Below are positions 56,021-64,000 of a stretch of 64,000 nucleotides of DNA, in pieces. Within the stretch, counting starts at the first letter, position 1; each line of letters opens with the position of its first letter. The notes under the pieces are model-generated. The model had not been told where the DNA came from and did no database searches. It worked only from the letters and a program-made list of their open reading frames with translations. Both the position numbers and the translations under genes were made by a program. The DNA comes from Octopus vulgaris (taxonomy: Eukaryota), in NCBI GenBank assembly GCA_951406725.2, contig OX597821.1, positions 8,804,001-8,868,000 on the forward strand, read 5' to 3'.

Positions 56021-57034
56021 TAATGAAGTATGAGATAATAATAGAGAACGGAACCGTAATTAAAACGTGAAACTAACCCGTTTTCTAAATTTCGATTATA
56101 TATCTACCACATTTTTCTGCACAAAGATTTCGTATTTGTTAAGTTTTATACAAAATGTTCTGTAGTAAATCAGTATGAATGAATTACATATATATTCACA
56201 AACCATGGTAACCTTCCAAATTATCTAAAAGGCATTTAATTCAACCACAACATATTTTATAAAAATACATGAAAGATATAAGCATACTTACACCAGATAA
56301 AATTTGATTTAAATCATGTGATGTATATAGAAAGCCGCTTGAAAAGTCATCTACGGATTTAAAATATCGCCTTCCACTTAGCTGAATAGGAATGAAGAAT
56401 ATGTGCTTCATGTCAGTTTGCCGTACTAATAAATAATTTAACATAATCATGGTGACAAAATACCAATAACATTTGTTCACAAACCAGAATTTATGAGGGT
56501 TGATTCAAATTTAGACACAAAAGCTATCACTTTATAGAGGGTGGGAGCATTAGTCGATACTACTGATCCCAGTACTATTTTGCTGCGGTACATTATTGAC
56601 CTTGAAATATAAAAGTTTGTGTTAATTTTCACAGAGTGTGAATTCAGAATATATATCGCAAAGTAGGATCATTCTATATAACGTATATAAATGAGACAAG
56701 CATACTAAATGTTGAGCATATATATATATACTTACATACATATAATTTACGTTGGTTATACATATATGTGTTATAACCAACAGGCACATATCATGGGATG
56801 CATGTATATATACCTGCGTAATTTTTATACACATATTGATCATTAATGATCTTGGCAGGACTGAAATAAATGTAACTCATTGAGAACTTAATATCTTCTA
56901 ACATAAGATATGTTAAAAAATTCATTACCGAATCGTAGGTGCTTGCAAGCAGCATATTTTTATAAATTTTCGCCAATATCCAACACATCCCTATTTCACG
57001 CTGCTACGCATGTTGAATATCTCCCCAAATGAAT

Positions 57035-58075
57035 CATGAAATTGAATGATACCTTTCATATCCATGTGAAATGAATGAACAATCCTGAGCGAGGGTGACG
57101 CCAAGAGACCCTGTGTTAAGCTTTAGTCTGGAAGTAGGTGTTGGTGACAGCCAATGGAGCATGCAGAGCTCAAACAGCCAGTGTCCATTTTCATTGATTT
57201 TGCCAACCGCGTACCGATCCATCACCCACTCTAGTTTCGACGTCCATTTGGTACTGCCTGTATTTTCCTATAGAGCTGATCATAGAACATATCCTTAGCA
57301 TCTTGTAAGAAATAGAGGGTTGGAGCATAAACACTGATAAGGTTGATGGTTCCATTGGGAGTGTACAATGGAAGTGGCAGTATCTGCTCTAAACCGTCAC
57401 TGTTAAATTATACCAACTTTAGCAGAGAGTTCTTGACGGTAAAGCAGACACCATGCACTCTGACTTCAGCTGTACCTTTCCTTTGCCAGAAAAAGATATA
57501 ATCTATTTCACGAAGTATCCTTGAGCCTGGGAGTCACGTTTCCTGAAGTGCTGCAATTTCCACTCGGAGTCGAAGCAGTTCGTTGTTGATTGCTGCTGTC
57601 TTGCAGGTGTCCCTGATTTTTTGAAGGACGTCTGACACACCAGTTGTCATGGACCTTATATTCCAACATCCAATTCTGGATGCTAGAATTTTGCGTTGCT
57701 TGCTTGTTTGTTCATTTTTCTCAGTGCAATGTTTACAGCTCATGATTCGAGATGTTAGTTTCCCTAAGTACCACGCATCCAGTGGAGCTGTCTAGGGCTG
57801 CTCAGGTTAAGGCGGGCGGTAGCTGTCCAGTGAAACACAATGGCCTCTCCCTTTCTCAAAAGCAGCCCCTGGCGCCTTGCTCTTAAGCCAAATATGTGCT
57901 GGCTTAAAACCGGTAGACTGCTGCTTTCCCTGTTTTGCCGCCGTAGTTATAGGGCACTGGAGTGTCCTCTCCAAGGGGGAACCTGAGCAGTTTTTCGTGG
58001 GGAACGGCAGTTGCCCACGCGAAACGACTCCTCTCTCTCTACCGCCACCAGTGTTATCCAAGGAAATGGAAGGGG
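57035..58075 (-). mobile_element. RTE-type LINE 5' region (UTR plus AP endonuclease), degenerate
   Basis: GCWNIRSM, IAALQET, GVCF, LISVYAPT, GKINENG..L.ELC. Confidence 0.8.
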
Positions 58076-58084
58076 ACTGTACGA

Positions 58085-59350
58085 CGGGGCACCAGTAGGG
58101 TTGCTAGAGGTTCTAGCAAAGGTGAAGGAACAAAGCTACTAGAGTTCTTCGATGTAAATGGTTTGTTGATCTGCATTGCTAACTTCAGAAAACGTAGTAG
58201 CCTCTTGACGGCCTATGATCTTGGTGGAAGCAAAGGCCACTGGAAAACAGGATAAGAAGATGCTTATGAATGTAAAGTCCTTTTCTAGTGAGAAATGTAC
58301 TTCTTATCATAGTTTAGCCGTAAGTTCAGGTTAAGAGCTAGATTTCAGAAAAGCAGCCAATCTGATGAAGAAGACTTGGAAGCTCAGATGTCCTTCTGTC
58401 AGAAATTTAGGGACGTGCTAATTAAAGTATTTGTCGTAAAGGAGGATAAGAGTGATATGCATAACAGGGACGGCAGTTGGGAATTCTCACAAAAAAAATT
58501 CACTGAAATCTACAGACCAAGTTTGTGGGTAACGCACATTTCCATCCAGACAAAGCGTGCTGTGGTAAAGGAACAAAGAAGTAGAAAGTGCAATAATAGA
58601 AGACGCAGGCTTAGAAGGTTTGGAAGAATGAGGGTAGTAGACAAAAATCCCTGGTAGCTGGTAGAAAGGCTGAAAGGAAGGTATATTTAGGAAGGGGATA
58701 GGCAGAAAGCAAGAGGTTTGCCAATATCTTTTAGTTCATGAAGACAAAATGCACGATATGTTACGGATTGCAAAGCAGTGTACTAGAGAAAATGGAGATG
58801 TTAGAGAGAAATGTGTGCGAACAGATGATGACACACTTGCATTCAATAATTCTGAAAAGGAGGAACGAAAATGCTATTACGAAAGTTTATTAAATATGGA
58901 GAGTATATGAGATGAAGATCGTCTTCGTGATGTGAACCCGGCAAAGGGTCCAGCTATTCGCGTTGACAGTAATGTTATAGATTGAGTGATTTAGCGAAAG
59001 CTGGGAAATACCCTGATCCATCAGAAATTATATTTGATACGCTTAAAATATCTGACGATGTAGAATACGAACAGATCCCTCGTATATTAAGTCGGGTTGT
59101 TCAGGAAGGTATCATATCAAATAACTGATGAAGCAGCATCATAGTATCTTAGAAAGAAGTAAATACAGAGGTATGACATTTTTGGACCAGGTTATGAAAA
59201 TCACTGAAAGAATCATATCCCCATTAATTCGAAGAAAGCGATAACCTCAACGAGATGCACCTGGATGAATGCGAGTCAGATATGGGAGTCCTCTGGCCCG
59301 TGTGTTCTTTTACAACCCAATCCGGCATGGTAGAAAGGAATTTTGATGTT
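58085..59350 (+). mobile_element. Degenerate RTE-type LINE with (GAT)n tail
   Basis: GTKLLEF..L.I.NFRKR, YRGMTFLDQVMKITERII; followed by (GAT)n at 59360-59490. Confidence 0.6.
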
Positions 59351-59405
59351 GATCAAGATGTTGACGACGACGACGACGACGATGACGACGACGATGATGA
59401 TGATA

Positions 59406-59470
<65 letters not shown>

Positions 59471-60668
59471 CGAGGACGAGGACGATGATGATATACTGTG
59501 AGGAGATAATTCTGTTAATTCTGTTCATGATATAATATTTAATGGAGAGTATTGGGAAATTTAAATAAACTGAAAGAAGTCATGTAATGCGAATTGCAAC
59601 CATTCTTCCAACACATTATATATATATACCCACATCTAATTTTAAAACTTTCATGTGGATTTCAGATTTATGGACATTGTCTTCTTTAAATGACGTCCAG
59701 TATAGTAATTACGTTAGATATTACATAGCCATATGTTTTATGAAAGGTTGGCAGTAGCATCCAATAGTTTCTAATTATCATGCAATGACCAAAAGAAGCA
59801 GGAGCTGTCAGATTCCATCGGGACAGATCGCGTTGAACTATGAAATATGAAGTCAGCACAACGTTGTCTTTGAACCTCATTTTAACTCTATTTTATCTAA
59901 AATAATGAACAACAGTATGGCTCATATCATCTTTGAATAAGATATGGTATATATATATATATATAAATACAAGATTACATTATCCGATGTATCCATTTAT
60001 GTTTACGGTGCAAATTTATGGAGATTTAGATATTGTTTCTAGTAGCTCGTTTTAGCACTTAAAGGATCCCTCTTTGGCTTGAAGGTTGATAGAGTAGTTT
60101 TGATCTGTGGCAGTATAGATTGGGCAACAGATATTAATATGCGAGATGTTTATTACTGAAATGTAGAGAAAAAGAAAACTGTTCATTCAATGTAGGTCAC
60201 AGGAGAATGGAATTCGAATTCAAGACAAAATTGTGAAATTAATGAGAAAGATTAACCATATACATGAAATGTAAAACGTGCTAAACTTATCACGGAGTCG
60301 AAGAGAATAAGGAAGTAACAGTGATTTAAGAGAAGGGTTAATATTTGAATACAAGAATGGAAGAAATGATTAAGAAAATTGTTTGATACGAAAGTATAAA
60401 AATATATATCACTTACCGTTGACAGCTTATTGTAAAAGTAAAAAACGTTTTCGAAGTCAATATATTCAGAAAATAATATTTTCATAGTGGCAGCCATATT
60501 TCCAACAGATTCACTATAACTTCGAAATGTAGAATGAAACTGAAAAAAATCCGAATATAAGATTAAATGCGCTAAGAGAACTGAGAGATATGTATATGCA
60601 AATTTTGGAGAGTATCTTTGTCCAGAAGAGGAAAGTGTCCGCGCATTTATAAGTGGCTCATTAATTAT

Positions 60669-60881
60669 CCTTTCTACTAAAGACACAAGGCCTGAAATTT
60701 GTGGGGAAGGACTAGTCGATTACATTGACCCCAGTGTTTCACTAGTACTTAATTTATCGACCCCGAAAGGATGAAAGGCAAAGTCGACCTCGGAGAAAAT
60801 TTGAACCCAGAACGTAGCGGCAGACGAAATACCTGTAAGCATTTCGCCCAGCGTGCTAATGCTTCTGCCAGCTCGCCGCCT
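60669..60881 (-). mobile_element. SINE family B with 17-bp TSD
   Basis: TSD agtggctcattaattat at 60652-60668 and 60885-60901. Confidence 0.92.
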
Positions 60882-61434
60882 ATTAGTGGCTCATTAATTA
60901 TAGACAATGCTTATAAACAATATGCAAGATTACTCAATATGCAAGGGTTGAATAAATTGTAAACTACGAATAAGAATTATATCATCAAATGTAATCTTCT
61001 GTGCTTATCACGTATAAAAAGAAACACTTACGTTGACTATACTGCTGCGTTTTTGACTGCTTTCAACGACATAGTAATTGAAGAAAGGTAACTTTCCTGT
61101 AACAGTGAAATATCTGTGTAAGATACTGGAATGATTGCCTGAAACGTTTCGCCCTGTTATCATAGGTATTCCACCCAATGTTTCAGATAGGTTTATTAAA
61201 TCCGCCTTCAATGTCATTGATATAGTGTCTGAAATTGGATCAAATGGAAATATCTTTTAATAAATATTGTTTGAAGTAAATATAATTTTTAAAATATTAA
61301 ACAATATTTCTGAAGAGGTGTTCAAATGGACAGTCAACGACCTACCGTCCTTCTGAGTTTCACAAATAATTAACTTATTCATACCATGACTAGACTCCCC
61401 CTCTTCCTCCTCCTCTTCCTCTTTCCCTGTATAG

Positions 61435-61812
61435 TTTTTAATTACACCTAATGCACAATTATTATAAGGATTATCTCTGTTCTTAGACTCCACATTCAGG
61501 TTATTCTTATTTCTAGATATTTGTATTTTGAGAGTTTCTGTTTCTTTTAGAGACACATCGATTAGAAGGCATTTTTTCTTAATGATCTCTGATAAACTAT
61601 ATAGGTCAATTATCCTTGATTTCTCTATTTCTGTTTATAGGCATATCCCAGAGTATTGTTGCCTTTTCATTTTCTGCAACCTTTTTGAGGATATGTTTAT
61701 ACCAATTTTTTCTATTGTCATTCCATAGTTTTAGCATAGCTTCCAGTGTATATAGGTCCAAACTCTATCATGTCAGTAGATATATTCATTCTTAGCCAGG
61801 ATGGGGCAGGGC
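61435..61812 (-). mobile_element. Degenerate copy of the Dong family at 19656
   Basis: rc aligns to 19860-20260 (CPILAKNEYIY.HDRV, LWDMP, KCLLIDVS). Confidence 0.8.
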
Positions 61813-61889
61813 GCAGCCAGAGGCAATATGATTTAAGTATGAATTAAATATGACTTAAATATGATTAAATATGATTTTAAAATTACTCA

Positions 61890-63310
61890 GTCGAGAAAAT
61901 GGATGGCGTCGTCGGACAATGGACCGACGCACCAGTTAAACTACTCGGGATCTGGTTTGGTCCCGACCTCGAGGTTGATAACTGGGACGAGTTGGCGAAC
62001 AGTGTGGCAAGTCTTACCCAGAAATGGGCTGAGAAGAAGCTGTCGTTGAAAGGTCGGGCAGAGGTGGCGATTGTCTACATCACCTCCGTTATCATCTATC
62101 ACCTGACCATCGTACCTTGCCCCAGTTACTGCTTGACCAGGTTGGAGCCTCTCTTATTAAAATTCTTGTGGAAGGGATGCGTACCAATGGTCAGGAGGGT
62201 AGTGTGTTGCCAACATCCTCTGAGTGCCGTGTCTCCTAATGTGTAGACACGCTTTTAGGTTACGCCACTTGTAGCAAATTCTGGACGTATGTGAGCTCCC
62301 TTTGTAGGGCTCGTCTTCCGCAACTCATGTCCTTGATAGAGCTACACTCCTGGGTGAAGGAAAGACCGAGGCTAGGCGTCTGGCACCTAGAATGTTGTTG
62401 GACCCTCACAGCTCTCTACCAGTCGGGTAATGAGATCAGTGGATGTTCCTTTTTCGAAATTTATAGATGATTAGTGGAGAGGAAGTACGACGATGGTCTC
62501 CGGGAGACTGAGCGCCGACGACAACAAAATTACTAGTCTGTTCTGCAGAATTTCCACATGTTCTTGGTCTGACAGTGATACCGAGGCGGGGGCGCTACCG
62601 TTTGAGATAAACTCTACAGGCATGGATTTACTGGCAGACGGTCTTGTCTGAGGTGTCCGCAGAGTAACGAAACCGTTCGGCATGCACACTTTCAGTGTCC
62701 GGGCATTGCTGACTTGTAGAGTTTTGGCGAACAGCTGCTGTCATATTTGGGACGGATCCATCAGTCTGCCTATTCTGCAGTAATGATTAGCCCGCCGCCC
62801 TTCTTCAATCGGGCAGGTAAGGCAGTTTTCCTTTGCCTGTTGGCTGTGGCGAAAGAGCTTGATTGTTGGAAAAGGTTGAAAGGCATAAGGACAGACATAT
62901 TCCTCTTTGGTAGAGCTCTCATTGACTTCTTCAAGTTTCACTAGAAAAGAAAATTAAGAGTTGAGAGGGATGTGCTGTCCTTGAGTGAGTTTATTGAAAT
63001 GTGGATGAAAGTTGCGAAACTGGCAAGTGCGTGGGTGGTACCTCTCTCAGTGTACACCTGTAAGTCGGAGAGAAGGTATTGAGAGAGCACATACCCATGG
63101 TATTCAGGGTATCTCAGCAGTGGGGTTCCGCGATTATCTTTTTCTATTTTTTCTTCATCAGCCATTCCGAGCTATTTTTTCCCAACAACTTATGTTGTGG
63201 CTGTTTGTAATCGATTGTATTGTCCCTTCTTGCGTATTTCTTTTTCGTGTCCTTTTTGCACTTCATCCTTTGCTTTTCCCTTTTTCTCTGCTTTCAATAC
63301 TCCCTCGTCC
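61890..63310 (+). mobile_element. L1/Tx1-type ORF2 3' fragment and pyrimidine-rich 3' UTR
   Basis: VKLLGIWFG, W..KKLSLKGRA, FLWKG, C-terminal CLRC..ETVRHAHFQC. Confidence 0.8.
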
Positions 63311-63339
63311 CTAACTGTCACCACCAAGGTTTCCTTACT

Positions 63340-64000
63340 TCGGTTTGGTATGTCATTAAGCTTTGGTGATCGATACGCACGCAGTCATCCACACTTATCA
63401 GTCCTCGCTCTCCATTTGATCTATTTATGTATAGGCGACCAGTGTCTGCACGTGGATGATGGGCTCAATGCATCATTAGAAGCTTTCTTGACATTCTGTC
63501 CATTTTCTTTGTTTCTTTATCTGTTCACTTCTGAATTCCAGTGTCATGCCAAACTACTGCGACTGCGAGCGAGTTTATTGTCGAAATTTTATTTCTGGCA
63601 ATTAGCTTTTAATCCAGTATTTTTCTTATTCACTGCAGGTACTCTTCTTTTGCAGTTTCCTTCACGTCATTGTGTTTAATTCCATATGCTTCGAGTATTC
63701 CTAGGTACTTAGAGCTGGACTGAAGTTGAATTGCCTTCATTTTATCACTTGGCAACCATATGCCTTCTATTCTGAGAAGCTTTCCTCATCTCATCACTAT
63801 CGTATCACATTTTGTGAGTCCAAACTCCATCCTAATATCATTGGAGAAAATTGGCACAGACTTGACAAGGCTATCCAGTTCTGCCTCATATAAATAATAA
63901 TTTCTTAAAAAATAGAATAATTTTCACAATATTTTCATTGAAACCCTTTCAGTTTTTACACGTGGGTGAGTAGTTCTACTTTTCTATCATGCTTATGATT
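63340..64000 (-). mobile_element. Degenerate R4/Dong RT fragment
   Basis: FSNDIRMEFGLTKC, KYLGILE, NKISTINSLA, HPRADTGRLY..GERGL. Confidence 0.75.

Noticed and set aside
57960-58075. HDV-like ribozyme in the RTE 5' UTR
   Set aside because: A possible P1 (ggcggt/actgcc) is present, but P2, P3 and the catalytic C could not be placed
60900-61200. PLE 3' end with degenerate hammerheads (QGLNKL*, gaaacgtttc)
   Set aside because: The cores are too mutated to support a call

Overview
AT-rich, repeat-saturated animal genomic DNA with a 100-N assembly gap at 21002-21101. The SINE sequences and microsatellite load look like an octopus/cephalopod genome (inference). No intact host gene is evident; most ORFs in the track are translations of (AT)n, (TAA)n, (CA)n or (CTAT)n repeats. 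The real content is transposable elements: a near full-length Neptune-type Penelope-like element (PLE) at 22.1-26.2 kb, a second inverted PLE RT fragment, R4/Dong-type RLE retrotransposons in (TAA)n, CR1/L2-, RTE- and Tx1-type LINE fragments, Tc1/mariner elements (DD34D, DD36E, DD37E) and three SINE families. The most striking unannotated signal is at least seven minimal type I hammerhead-ribozyme motifs with a short, usually palindromic helix III and covarying stem I. Most lie in short non-coding elements with fold-back or direct terminal repeats, mostly in or beside (TA)n tracts, which suggests a set of retrozyme-like non-autonomous PLE derivatives. Also notable: a ~550-bp non-coding element repeated three times in one (TAA)n tract alongside Dong elements, a possible -1 frameshift site in the PLE, and a templated insertion with microhomology. 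All family names come from motif recognition, not database searches.
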